A DNA stretch of 64,000 bases from positions 930,001 through 994,000 of the forward strand of contig JAQGDQ010000003.1 in NCBI GenBank assembly GCA_030141605.1, read 5' to 3'. The DNA comes from Tubiluchus corallicola. Its lineage: Eukaryota; Animalia; Priapulida. Both the position numbers and the translations under genes were made by a program. How positions within the stretch are numbered: position 1 is the first letter of the stretch; the number at the start of each line of letters is the position of its first letter. Under the pieces are notes generated by a model, which was not told the DNA's origin, made no database searches, and worked only from the letters and a program-made list of their open reading frames with translations. Shown one piece after another: positions 35,319 through 54,400 of the stretch.

Positions 35319-35607
35319 CATGCACTGAATGTTAAAATTAGTGAAGGACTTAAAGCGCGTTAGGCGTGAATTAAGATACAGTTTTCAAAAATTGCTGTTT
35401 ACAATTCACATTACTACGCAGTATTATTACAAATACAAAACTATCTTACTCTACAATGAAGCAGCTAGACTAATAATATCACAGCCATTAGGAACTTTAG
35501 GTACTGCATGAAAGAGACAAAAAGATATATCACAAGAAGGTGATAAAAAAGTACTTAACGGCTACACTTACCTTCAAGTGGTGCTACCTCTGGTAGCGTT
35601 TGTGCTG
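32051..35607 (-). CDS. DOMON-domain protein with Glu/Val/Pro-rich linker and His/Tyr-rich C-terminal tail (gene B); first exon unresolved
   Basis: Phase-consistent exons 35607-35572, 35110-35087, 34818-34667, 33663-33602, 33109-32936 (alternative in-phase acceptor 33124), 32477-32051. Translation includes VFFILTVRTAGWVGLGFSKNGLQM/AESDVCYGWVTSDGKGTIFDG/YNEDRATPPKIDAIQN...LAFTKPIKGDGTEEDVNL...GSIRQH, fitting the DOMON pattern GWVGLGFS..G.M..SD...GW...D.Y...P..D..Q...F.R...D...H; AATAAA on minus at 31979-31984. Confidence 0.85.
34258..34324 (-). mobile_element. tRNA-derived SINE head in gene B intron
   Basis: Minus strand tgtggttgtagtggctagcatagc...gagttcgagttccagt carries A-box-like and B-box-like motifs. 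Confidence 0.5.
35224..35314. repeat. (GA)n microsatellite
   Basis: Direct reading. Confidence 0.97.
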
Positions 35608-36227
35608 CTGTAAAAATATGAACAAGTATAAAAACAAATAAAAATAATAACAAAAAAGTAGAATAGTAAATGCATACTTTCAAAAAATACTTGAAAATTG
35701 CACAAAAAGAAAAAGTAATGGCCGTGCATAATGAATTACTGATATTCATCACTTTCAGAACTAAACCTAAGCGTTTCGAAAAAAAAATTGTAACATATGT
35801 TAGATTTCTAAATTAAATTTCTTTATTTTATATAGAATATAAACAGTAAATAAATATTTATAAACATTCGTAAAAGACAGTATGTCTATAAAACCTTTTT
35901 TATTTAACATTTTAATTAGGCCATGAAATTAAAATGACGTAAGAGTACGTTAAGCTAAAAACTGTATGTTTGATAGTAGTAATTATGATTCATGAGTGTT
36001 TGCACTAAACAACAACCAAACCAATTAACAGACAAATAATCCAAATAATGAATTTTGAGGTTCTGCTTGTTGGATGAAAATTAATGATTCTAGTCGTATG
36101 CTGCACCAACCATTTTTAAGTGGTCACAACAAATGCTGAGGTATTTAGGTATTTGAGAAAGAGGATGCATAAAAAGGACTACCATAAAGTAAATGTAATG
36201 AGTCGTTCAGAGATCTTTGCCAATATA

Positions 36228-36235
36228 TTTATATA
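36228..36235 (-). promoter_or_regulatory. Candidate TATA box for gene B
   Basis: TATATAAA on minus, about 43 nt upstream of an ATG|gtagt (36185-36181); weak evidence in AT-rich DNA. Confidence 0.3.
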
Positions 36236-39002
36236 AAGTGTAATGAATTTCTCGTTTAGTAACGTAAAAATATACCTGCTATTATCGGAAGAAGCAACAA
36301 GATTGAGGGCTGCATGCTTTTTCACTGAAAATGTGACGTAGTTCAAACTTGTTTTGCAGTGGAAGGCTAATGTTGATGGCAACCTAAATTGTGGCATCAG
36401 TTTTCAGTGTCATTCGTTTTTATTGCTGAGAGACGTTTCAAGTTAACTAGGACATTTTTATGAGCCAAATTTGGCATTGACTTTTAAGTAGCACCATAAA
36501 ATTCAATTGTGGTAATAGAAATTCGCCGGTGGTCATTTGTAGGTGTGAGAAACGTACCAATATTGCATCGAACTTGGAAAATTTCATGTGTACCATGAGT
36601 TAAAGTAGGACATTTTCTCCTGGATAATGCAACCAATTTTCATAATCTTTTTAATACTTAATGGGACTTTTGACATTACTTAAAGAGAGCAAGATCCTTA
36701 CTACGTTTCTATAAAAGTTCAAAATAACAAGATAAGACTTGATAGGATAACAATCCTAATCGATTTTGTAACTTAAGACCGTAACTTTTCCAAGTTCAGC
36801 GCGCCATATCCACGCAACACAACACTCTCGCTTCCAAGCCGTATATATATCTGTTCAGAGATTTTGTTTGATGTTGGTGCAGTGGCTTATGTAAAAATAA
36901 AAGAGCTGATCTGAACTTCGAGAGGCAGTTAATTCTCCGTTTAGCTACGCAAGTCACTTTAAAAGTTTGGAAAAGGCACTCTTTTCAAACGCAAAAAGTG
37001 TGAAGTTCTACAAGGGCTATTGACGGTTGTGAGACCCAAAGTTGTAACACGTTTAGACTATGCCTAACTGCAGCACTGTATCACTTTAAATTTTGTTTTA
37101 CTTTGAAAATCATACAGCTGAAGCACTCGGAATCGGACTCGAACTCAGACTCCAGCAGTGAGGACTAGACGACAACAAAATGAACTGAACGAAAGTGAAC
37201 GGTAAAGAGGGTAGCGTCTTTCTCTACTCAGCTATCGTTTTAATAGAAATGAAATGATAAACAGATAGATGAAACATTATCGTTTACAAATAAAAATATC
37301 AATTTTCTAAAGTGATGAAAGAGGATACAATCACTTGTTAGAATCGCAAAAGCACAACAAGTAAAAGCACAAGGAAAACACTGTAGAAAAGAGCATCACA
37401 GGCTGTAATCAACGTAACTGGGAAAAAGACACAAACTTATGAGAGTAAAAAGATTTTGTTTCCCCCTTTATTCCCTGTGTCTCTTTTTTTCCACCTGGCG
37501 GTAAACTGCAGCCGGCGATTTCAAGCGTGTTTTTCTTTTTTCATTGTTTTAACTATTCGATTATTTTCATTTTTAATTATTCGACTATTTATTAATTATC
37601 ACTCTTTTTGCCACTAAGAATTAAATTTAAGTAATTTTGCATTTATCATGCAGATCTACTAACTCTCGTGCAAGCCAAATTTCGAAAATAGAGTGAAATT
37701 AAAGTAATCTAATGCTTGGTGACCGAGTTGTTGCTATGCCGAGCGTCGCGTCAGTGCGAGTAGTTTCAGTCAGGTCCCTAGGGCTGTGAATTCGATTTGA
37801 GTGAAAGCAGTCACGTCACATGTGATGTAAGCATTGACATGAACCACACTAGCCAGAACACCACTAAACAGAACTGAGAAATACTCTATTAAGAAACTAC
37901 AAAAAAAACCGTGAATAAGTGCGATGTCTTTATGATAAACAGTAAATAATGTCTTTATGATAAACTTATGATGGTTGTGACGAGGGCCGAGGCATATTAT
38001 TACTATAAAGACCTTTTGACTAATAAGCTGTAATTAAGACTGTACAAATTTTATATTTGTATTGTTTAGTAAATCGTAATGCAGATTATGTAAAGATGTA
38101 ATTAATTTAAATTGTACTGAGCTTCCTTGTAGCGTTTATTTGGATGCTCTAATCGTCGATTTGTAGTACATACTAAAATTTGCAGCTGTAGTGCATCGTT
38201 CTTGTTTTTAGGTATGTGTTTGATTTTTGTTTTGTGATGTTAACTATTTTGTGTGTGTGAAAATTTAAGTAGAACTAGCGAATGCCTTTTTTTCGAGTTT
38301 CCATCATACTAGTGTCCATCTCACAGCACACTGACACACGCTACTTGACGAGGTTCAGGCACCACGTTTTCACGCCAGGCTAGAGAGTACATCACGCCGG
38401 AAATGACGTCACCTATTTCCACCAAATTGCTTGGCAGTACACTGAATGTGGGTATGTGCTATGACTAGGTATAGTGCAAGCGGCGCGAAACTATTGACTG
38501 CAGCTTGATACAGCGTGGTATGAATTTGTGCGGTTCGATTAGACATGGTGCGGTGTATTGTGAGGATGTGATAGTCCAGCCCAGTGAGGTAAAGCACACA
38601 CGGTGATCACTCCACCCAGTTGTTATCCAACCCCGACTGTTTTACAAACGAAGCCATTTGGAATAGTGCAGCACTCTGTGAATCACTTTGGAATTTAGTA
38701 TTAGGAAGTCCAAAATCCACAGCTGTGCCTAAAACTCACATCACGCCGATCAATGACCGCAGCCAATTCAGCCAGCACACCATTAGCATTTCACCATTAC
38801 CAAATAACGGTGTGACTAGCTTTTAATGCTGTATATAGGACTTATACTGAGCTAAACTGACTTCTCAACAGGCATTATGGAGTGACGAGCTTCGTATTTA
38901 GTACCTTGTCTATTTCTGTAGCCAAAGACTTTGTTCTGAACGCCATATATTTATATGTACATTACGTTATCGCAGGGCATTGTACCTGTTCAACCTACTT
39001 CT

Positions 39003-39196
39003 ATGAGGTCAACAACATATACTGTCTTAAACCCGTTCTGATCTTACTTGTAGGTCTAAATAGTCTCAGTTCCGCAGTAGAATCAGCGTACCTGTTTAGC
39101 CTATTTCCTATTAGGTCAACAGCATATACTGTCTTAAAAAATCCGTCTTAGTCTCACCTGCAGGTCTAAATAGTCTGCATTTCCGCAGTAGAGTTA
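39003..39196. repeat. Two-copy direct repeat, about 108 bp period
   Basis: ggtcaaca(a/g)catatactgtcttaaa...aggtctaaatagtct...ttccgcagtaga occurs twice. Confidence 0.8.
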
Positions 39197-39608
39197 GTCA
39201 CACATAATTGTCAGTTCGTGACTGACACAGCTGGAGTGAAACACCAGTATAACGCAGGTATGGTCATTATAATTAATTGTGTCATATGTTGCATTACTTT
39301 TTAATAATACTCGGCGTAAGAATTAAATTTGTGGTAAAGACATGTCTACGTGACGTGCTTAATTGTAGAGCCAGTAACCCTAGGGTCTAGGCCTACGAAG
39401 TCTTAAAAGCTTGCATTCGGAAGGTAGGTAAAATTCTACCATTTCGTGTTCCAAAACAAAATTATGTTATTGCATATTGTTTTTAAGCTTTAAGTCCGTA
39501 ATGATTAATTACTCATTGGCTGACAATTAATTTCCTTCACTGTTTCAAATCTACCTGATTTATTTTTTGTAGCAACAAGCGTGAAATGGGTAATATATAC
39601 ATCTAGTG

Positions 39609-40091
39609 CAGTGGTTCCCAAACTTTCTCGGACCGTTACCCAAATCGGGAAACCCGGTCATGTCCATTACCCCCCACCTAGTAGTACTACTTATCGAGTC
39701 CATTACCCCCCACCCACCGAGAATCAAATTAGGCAAGTAATATTTTACGTTTCCTTAGTATCAAAAAAATAGAGAGATAGTAAAAGGGGCCTAGCTTTCT
39801 CTAAACTCTAAACGCTGTGCAGAAATGTCGATAGAGAAGAAACCAAAGAAACAATCGTGAACTTCGACTTCTCCCCAGGATCGCACCAGAGATCGTGGGA
39901 ACGTGCGAATGATGGACCCCATGACACAGTGTTGCCTGCCGGAGGCAGTCTCTTTAAGAAGAAAACTACGTAAAATGCATTCCGAGCGAAGTTTTAAAAA
40001 TTTTCAGAGGGGTGCCCGTTACCCCCCCCCCCCCCCAAAAAAAACCATATTACCCCCGGGGGGTAATTTGCCCCTATTTTGGGAACCACTG
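39609..40091. mobile_element. hAT (Charlie-like) MITE with perfect 8-bp TSD
   Basis: TIRs cagtggttcccaaa / tttgggaaccactg; identical ATCTAGTG at 39601-39608 and 40092-40099. Confidence 0.92.
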
Positions 40092-40932
40092 ATCTAGTGG
40101 ATAGTGGTTGTTACAGACTTGTTGAAGTAACATTTATTGTTGATGTGGTACACCTAATTTTTATGCTTATAACTTTAAAAAGTTGCATTATAGAACTGCG
40201 AGATACGCTGAGTACATTGTTGTAAACGTAATGCTACCTATGCAAGCTTACAAAAAAGCATTTGGGGGGATTTTGGTACAGCGCTAGGCGCAGTTAAGCA
40301 GCGCCAGATATATTATACAAGTAGATGGGTGGCTGAAGTCGAGTTAAACTCGAATAAATGCCCATGGGTATAAATACATACAACTACGCATAATACAATA
40401 TACTCTACTATTTTTACATACATCATATGTATTACAATATGTAAAAATAAATAGCTTTACTAGCATAATGTGGCAAAGTGTTATTTGTATAGCCCACGTT
40501 TGGTATTTATAGAGGCTCAGTTCAACTTGAAGTGGAACGAATTAAATTTATTGAAAGCATTAACTTTCTTGAAGTAAAAACATTTCGCAACGCACCTACT
40601 ACCAATACCATACCATGTAAATGTAACAGAATAGGGAACAATGCGTCTTTTCAAAAGTGAGGCCATTACTCGTTATCAGACAAAAGAGTCTGGATTCCGT
40701 TTAATTATATCAATTTGGTCACTATGCAAATTGCTTAAAAAGAATTGCTTTTTAATCGTACAACTTTTTTTATAACATTGGTTGATTTCCAGTTTTTATT
40801 GCACGTTTGGCTGTTTCAGCTCGAAGAGTTGTCTTAGGTATACCACTTTACCGCAATCTAGCGGAAAGTTTTGGAGTTAGATTTGGTAGTACCAGGCCGT
40901 GGAAGTCTATTGGAGGGCGACTGATTGTAATT

Positions 40933-45960
<5,028 letters not shown>

Positions 45961-48405
45961 TCAGTTTTATCAACTTTAATGGGTGCAGTTATTGTACTCG
46001 TTGTTACATTATCATACGAATTAATTAAATTTCAGTCAGATTAGTGATTTGACACGATTTTATCGTGCACCTGAAGGTTTTGTTTTTATTTTCCACTAAT
46101 ACGAGAATGATAACTTAATAATTTTTTAGTCTAACAGCTGCTAACATTCGGTAAAATATTAACTAGGTAATAATTAGTTATACCTATAGTTACTGACGAA
46201 ACGATATTAAAATTTATCATTTTCACATGGCTTAAACTTAATATTTACAGGGTTAAATCCGAATTATAGAGCAATGACTGTAAAGATCAAAACAATAACG
46301 CCTCCTACACGCTGACTAAAAAATGCAGTTAATCTTCTATGGGCTTTATTTATTAATTATGTCACCTTAGTTTGTACACATGTTTTAATGTCAACTGTTT
46401 GAATAGGAACGTCATTTATTGTTCTCATGAATCCATTTCATGAGTATGTTATTTAGAACGTCATTTAGCGATGCAATACAGTCCATTTTGTCATAAAAAT
46501 TTAAAGGCCGGGGTAAGTTTATTGTAACGTTGCAATATAAAAACTAGCTAAAAACTTATTGCACGAACAATAATGAGAACGACACGGCTTCACGGCGAAA
46601 GCAATCTGTTTATAAAGCTACGTCGCAAGCGAGCAACCTAAAAACTAATGAATATAATTGTTTGCAACCTTGCTTGCAAACACAAACCATTTTTGTTGTC
46701 ATAAGTGCTACTGACGTGTTATTTTGCGGAATGGCATATTTTGGGGATGCATATAATAATTAAAATTATTGTTAACTATATTAACCCTTTATGGCCAATT
46801 TTGAAACAAAATACTACAATTGTCCATTTTGCAGTGAATATATTAAAATTTCACACTTTACACTTACACTTATTTAGTACATAGTCTTTAAAGTCATCAA
46901 CTTAATTGTCGTGATATACTTGTGAATCTGTGCATTTTTATGTATTTACTTACTGTAATTGTTTTTATGAAATTTCGTAGCCTAGTAACTGTTTAGTCTT
47001 GTGAACTTTTCTTTAACCTGGAATGATGATTTTAGATGTTTTGTGTCTTTCAACATGCGGCCGTTTGTCTATTTGCATAGATTTGCAAACTAAATAAATA
47101 TTACTGTTAAAAATAACATTACTTTACTATTAAAATAGAAAATGTACTTTTTAATCGCAATGTTAATTTCTGTATTAGTAAGATATAAATTGGAGCTCGT
47201 TTACTAGAATGGAGAATCTTTCCTTAATACTTCCTTGTTTCAATAATTATGTAACCTTGGTTTAGTGGGCTCGGACAAATTGTATATAATAAAATGCAAC
47301 AATGAAGTGTAGTGTGCGTGTGATTGTTTGCATACATCGAAATAAATCACTTTTGTCACATTTACATACATTTTGTATTACGTGTCTGCGGTGTAAGGCC
47401 TATAACCTTTTACGCCCAATGGCAATTAGATGTTTCATTGGTCTACCTGAATAAATTAAATGAACAGAAGAAGAACACATTTCTTCCTGGTTACTCACAC
47501 TTTTAATTCTGCTCACGTTAATTATAAATTTATGTCTGTACAATTTTTATAAATACGAGTAGCATTTTCAAGTCTTTTGTTGTTAAAGTTAATATAGAAC
47601 AGTTGGTATAACGCGATAGCAGATTATACTTCGTGTAGTGAACGAGTACAGCTCGTCTTCTAAGAAGTGAAACGCCAACATGAGATTAAGAGTGTTTTGT
47701 TTCTTTATCACGTTTATGGTAAGTATACTGCAAAGAAAAATATTTTTTGCTTCTTAACATTAATTTGTGCGCAGTGATAATCATGTTAGGAAGATTAAGA
47801 TCAGGTTGTGGAATAGCGAAAAGAAGGATTTTATTAAATTCTTCCTGTTTTGAGTTTGAGTAGAAGTGGAACAATTGAAATTGTGACTTTCACTGTCTGA
47901 CATAATTGCAGACGTTCTAGTCCTAACATAATTATAGCACAAACGTGTAATTTTAAGTATATCAATTGTGTCGATTACGAATTTCCACTTTTTTTAATTG
48001 CAAACAATGACCGTATATGTATAACAGTCTTATGTTTATTTAAGATTTCTAGTAAATTCTGTTCAAAGCTCTGTAGTACTGAAACTATGAAAATTTCAGG
48101 TAATTGACTGAAAATTTTATTTCTCACTCGCGGTTGCTACAAATGGTATACGTAACCTAACTTTTTATTTTCAACATACGTGACAACACATCATTGTAAA
48201 ACAGCAAAGTATTTCATTAAATTTTGTGTAAAATGCCGCACGCTGCAGACTGATGGTGTCGCTTTCGTTATCGGAGGACAAAACTTATCTAGCCGTAGAA
48301 TTGCAATTATGTCTGAGTCTGACATAATGAAAAGGAAGCTCTAAGTAGACTATATTACGGTCAATTCACACAATATTTAGATCAAGGAGAAGAAATAGCA
48401 TCAAA

Positions 48406-51400
48406 ATGGGAAAGATTGTTTTTAAAGGAGGGCATGTGAGACTGTACAAAACTCAAAAACTGCAGGTAGGTGCAACAAGTAAACAACGTTATTTGCACCT
48501 GCATCAGAATTATGAGCAAACTCGGCATGTGTAAACTGTTGTATGAGCTTCTACTGACTTTTTTTCCAACAGGTTTCTAAAGCCATAAGCCAAAATGTTG
48601 TGACAACGGTTCTTATGGAGCGGGAAATACTACCTGACGATTTTATCGCGTCTGATCTGCCCCAACTTTTTCAAGGGGATACTGATACTGATCTCAACAG
48701 TGTGTGCACGAGCGTAGCTGTTGTAAGTATAGTTTATTCGTACAACGAGGACATCATCAATGAGGGCTAGGGGTAATTAACATGTGGCTAAAGTTTACGA
48801 TTCCCCATACACAACAAATTAGTTCGTGGAGCGGATTAGTATCGGGGTTAGAGTTGGGGTTAGGGTTAGCATATTTAATCTATGTAGGGAATTGTAAACT
48901 CCTTCCTTGAATATTACAAGCAGAGAAATGGAGAATAGGAAAAAGCATTTTTAAATCTAATATTATTGCCATAAACACACGTAGTTTATTACACTTGCAA
49001 AAGTTCTGCTCGAAATTTGCGGAATACAAATCTCGTAAATTCAAATAATGCAAATTATCAAATTTTGTAAATTCCAATAATTGATATATTTGATTATTCC
49101 GCGTTATAGAGACATTTGTGTCCGATGTGTTCAGTGCAGAATTTAGACGTAGTGAGGTTACAAGTTATAATAATAAAAGTTGGAAATCTTACGTAATAGA
49201 ACATTGGTTCGCCACAATTACAACAAAAATCTATGGATAAAATGGATGCTAAGCGCAGGTAGTTTCTTTTGAGACATGGTTCTCCTCAGAACATTTTTTA
49301 TTCTTGCTAACATATCGTTGCTGTCAGACATAAGAATAGTTATACGACGACGGAAGCTAAAACCGTTAGGCGGAATTTTTATTTCATAGCTCTTGGGATG
49401 TTGTAGGTGAGATAACGGGCAGTCAGAATCAGATGCATTCAGCAAAAAGTTCTTGTTTTCTTCGTGGTTCTAACTTTGCTAAGCAAAAGTATATATGACT
49501 AACAAAACTCTAACATATATGATAACATCACCAAACAAACACAAACAAACAAGAAAATGATGAGACGTTACAAGCATTAAGCCATTAGCAAAAACCGTAA
49601 TTTACACTCATAGCCAGAAATTTCATATAAAATAACCGATGTAACAAAACTAGTCGACTACTAAGATTTCTACGCAGAAACTACTAGCTAATAATTAATT
49701 ATCAAATGCGAAAAGCTACATCTGAGTCTTCTGACGTATGACACTCAGTTGACTAGTGTCAGTTAGCTGACAACTAATAACGAATCAAAACTTTCCAGAG
49801 CTTAAATACAAAATCAGCGACTTGAACAGGTTACAAAAGCGACAACAAACTATTAAACTACCGGATACCAAACTAAGCAAGCAGTTGGAGCCAGAAGTCA
49901 CTGTAAACAATAAGTAAAAACTACAAAAAAGCAGCCACTGCGCTACACCGCTCACTCAGCCACTAGCGTGGTAACGTAGATACGGGAAATCAAACGGAAG
50001 GGAAGTTTACAGACTCACCCGGGTGTAGTGTCCTCTAGCGGTAATCGCTCCAGAGTACGCTATCACACCGCGACAAGTTTGAATACAGTGTGTATATAAT
50101 ACAGCCTCCATACTAGGCAGCCTTATCTTCGAAGATATTTATTGCAGATCTGGGTGGCAAATTTAGTCTTTTTCTAGATAAGTCAGTTGACATTAGCAGT
50201 ACCTGTTTTTATTACTTGGACTCGGACTCGGACTCAGACTAAATCTCGAAAAGTGAGGACTTCAATAATAATAGCAAGTCATTTGTTCTCACAGTATCAA
50301 TAATTGTCGGCGGAGTTGATGATAATATTCGAAGTCTTGTAGTGTAGTTATTGTAGTCTTGTTGTGGACGAACATAAATGTTGAAGTTGTAGATAAAAGC
50401 GTGATTGTATAGTTTATTGAAGTATAAGAATCTTCATAATACAAACGAAAGAAAATGAACGCTTTACGCGAGAGCAAATAAACGTCATTAAATCACAAAT
50501 CATAATTCAATTCTTAACAGTAAGCAACAAGTCTACTGACTCGCAAATCGATAGTCAATAACTATTTTTAGAACATCTTACTTAACAACAATTAGCTTAA
50601 CACTGATTGGTTATTTGCATGACAGTGACTGTTAACTGTCAATCACCTGTGACGTCATCTAGCTCCGCCATTGGTCAGCAGCATTACAGGATATCACAGA
50701 GATGTAACTTGATCCAGAAGTTTGCCAGTGCTTAACATAGCGGCTAAATGTAACTAACATTGTATTGCATACGGACTGTGTTTTATGTTTCTAACTTGTA
50801 AGTAGTTGTTCTGTGATATTAATTTTATGAAAAATTAATAAATATAAATTATTTTAAGAAAGTATAAAATATTTAAAAACTTATAAAACATACAAAATAT
50901 TTGCGCTTCATCCTAGTACTCTCCTTTGCATAGTACACGTTGAGAATTAAACGACGAGGGCCTAAAATGAAGTTTTTATCTTTTCGTTTGTCCTTTTGCT
51001 CAAACATTTTTTGTTTACTTTAAAAGATACTAAATATAATTTTGGCTAAATAAAATTTGGCTGTTTGTAAGATTGTAAGTACTGCATGTAAAATAAATGC
51101 TTAAACTTATTAATCAATTCGGAACATTGTTTATGTTGCTTTTACTTTTCGCATAAAGACCTTAATAACAATATAATTACAAAAAAATGTTCACATCCTA
51201 CCTACATGTAAATTATGTGTAAGCCTAGCCTGGGTAATATACTGGCTGAGCAATGGAAAACGATGTGCAATGTAACGTAATGCTATGTAATGTGAATACC
51301 TATAGCGATTCTATGGCCTTTTTGTTTTTGTAGATTGAATTTCCATTTATTGGTGCAGTTGGTTCATTGGAATTCAATGAGCTAACACTGATTTCGACCC

Positions 51401-54400
51401 CAGAGGTAAGAAAACCATGTAACCCGTCTAAAATTAAAATTACCAATTAATCGCAGAAAATATCATAATTATTGTACATGTATGTTATTGATTGCAACTG
51501 TTGTAGTTGTAATTGAACAATTTACTTGTGCCTGTATTAAACTCATAGCTGGTTTCGAGTCCTGCTGTTACAGTTTTTTCTTTAGTGATAGATGTACTAT
51601 TTCTTTTCAGCCATTTCTGCATGCACCCAGGATTTCTTTCTCAGCTGACCCCCAGAAAAAATACACACTTGCAGTATTAGGTAATAACATCAGTGTTCTT
51701 GCTAAAATGATATCAGTGATATTGTGTGACTTTTGTGTTCTTTCTTTTGTGCATTTTCCTGTGCTGTGGTGTAATGCTTAATCTATATAAATACCATTCG
51801 TATTACCATTATAAAATCCAAAAGAATGAATTATTATTACTAATAAATGGTTTTTGTGCCGTTTTGTTCTTCTTTCACACCGATAAACGTCATCCTTTCA
51901 TTTTTTATTATAGTGAAATTTTAAATTAAATTAACTTGGTGGATTCTTAAGTGCTCCAAAAACTTAATTTTTTTAAATCACGTGAATTTTGTTATTCGGT
52001 GAGGGACGTCAGGTAGGTGTAGGACTTTGACGTTGCTACAGGTAATATCTAGTGTTTTTTTTTTACAATAATCACCAGAAAGCAAGATAGTGGCCTAGTG
52101 GGTTATTCTTCAAGTGAGTGAAAAAGGTACAGCAGGATGGTACAAAAGGATGAAGAAGTTCAACACATTAAATAATGTGGATATTAGTTTATTTAGGTAA
52201 CGGAATAGTTAAAAAACATGGGTGCAAATGACGTGACCCAGACTCTTTACACTGCGTAGATAAGAAGGTCAACTCTCTCTAGCTGACGCATGGGCAATAC
52301 AATTATAAGATACTACAGGCGATTTGTTACAGTAACAGTACAGACAACGATATGTATATAATTTTGTAGAAAGGCGAAGAGAGAGGAGTAAAACGAATAG
52401 CCAGAGCCGAGGTATATATATATTATTACTATATATATATATATATATATATAGATAGATACTTAGAATACGTAATGTAAGCGCTTTATACGCGAACAGA
52501 CTAGGCTTCTCTGTGATTACTTGGTGGATGTGATATCCACATATCCTCTGATGGTCTTACATCTGTACTTATTTTCATAATGAAGCCACGTAGTCACACA
52601 TAAGTGGTCAGTTAAAAATTTGAGAGCTACACTAAGAAGACCCAGTCTTTCTTTGAAGTTCAAAAGGTCTTATTGAGGATCCAACTTAGCTCATGACAAC
52701 AGTAATACTACTCAGGGCCGGATTTACCTACTTATGGCTCTTAGGCCAAACTCACAGCGGGCCATTTTATGTGGGCTTTATACAGAGGCCCCATACTCCG
52801 AGCTCTAAACGAGGTTATACGCTGGCATGCTGCGGGACAAATTAGTTTCAGTGGAACCCCAGATACCCGTGGGCCAATGGTCTACTATGCCTATGGGTAA
52901 ATCCGGCCCTGTCCAAACTCAGTGCAGGAAATGCATGATATAATGGCTAATTTGGAAGGGGCATTAACAGTTAACTAAATCCATCTAATGGGTAAAACCC
53001 TTGCTTACGAAAGCAGTGAGTTTAATGTCATACTATGGGACGCATACATCAATATACTATATGGTATGGGGAATGCATAAACATGCTCTCTAAGGCTGAC
53101 AAGGTAGGCCATCAAGATAATTCCGTGGTATGTGAATATTTATTTATTTTACTAGCCTAAAGTGGTGTTTTTTATTACTTATCAACTGGTCTGATTTTTA
53201 GATGTTGATCCAGTTGGAACAGAGACGACGAATACTGATAAATCGTACCTACTTCAATTGACGGTCAATATACCGGGCAGTAATGTTGAACAAGGATTGA
53301 CTTTGATGGAATATGAGAAAGTAGACGAACCCGAAGATGTGTCATTTTTTGGAAATGGTACTAAGTTTCATTTTCTATTAAACAGGAATGTTATTAATGT
53401 AATTAATTGTAAAACTTTTTGTTTTTAACGCTTGTAGCCCAGAGGCGCAGTGACAATGATTACCGAAATTTATGTTTAGGTCTGGCCGCATAAAAATTAT
53501 TTGGTGTCGTATGTTGTCTGTAGATGGCACTGGAACCGTATCGAATCTCTAAACGAGTGTAGAGTACCCATATAGTTACTGCGTAATATAAGGACTGTAA
53601 ATGAGTGTAGTTATACATGTGCTACAATATTGCGCTCTGTGTTGAGGAACAATAGCGTAACAATTTTGGAATCACTGAAAAGACTCTTTTTCAATAAAAC
53701 GAAACCAAATCTTGTAAATCATTTCGCATATCTCGTTTACACTATCTTCCGTTTTTCCTGTTTTGTTTGTTCCAGAATCCAGACGACTGCTTATGTTTTT
53801 ATGAAAACAAAATAGTCTCGCAAATTTACATTTTTGATAAAGAATATTTCTCATAATTACCCGTTTCATGATAGACAGAATTTTTGCTAAAATTCAAAAC
53901 ATTTTTATGAAAAACCAACCTTATAAAAATCGCTAAGAGTCCATTTGAGGTACTCTTAAAACATTAGAAGATACTGTAATGCTTTCAAAGACTAACAACA
54001 TTTTGATGATCCAAGCTACCTAATGTGTTTCTGAATCAGTGTCACTGAATGTTTTTATGGTAAGTGACTGGGATTTCTAATCACGGCAGACATCAGACAA
54101 GACTGCACCAGACAAATGGTGTTCTGCAACAATGGTCTTTCGTCAACAATGTCAGCCTCGTTGATATAATTAACTCTACGACCTTCTCCGGTGTTCTAGT
54201 TCTGTTGTGGAAATTAGTGACTAATCATTAATAGAAACCCTCAGACGGTGACAGTAGCGTCTTTCTTCACCCCGTCTCTCTCCTTAACTACTACTTTGTC
54301 ACTAACACTTTGCTGTACGTTGTTTTTGTATGAGACAAATAAATTCAAATTCAGTTCAATTCAATTCCTTAGGCATTGTGTTTTTGAACACCGGATAATG

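Noticed and set aside
35608-36185. Definite signal-peptide exon of gene B
   Set aside because: Several candidates exist (ATG|gt at 36185, a KFIIWIICLLI segment near 36020-36060, T-rich frames at 35610-35730), but none is clearly best
48843-48870. Telomeric (TTAGGG) repeat
   Set aside because: Only a few degenerate units inside an intron
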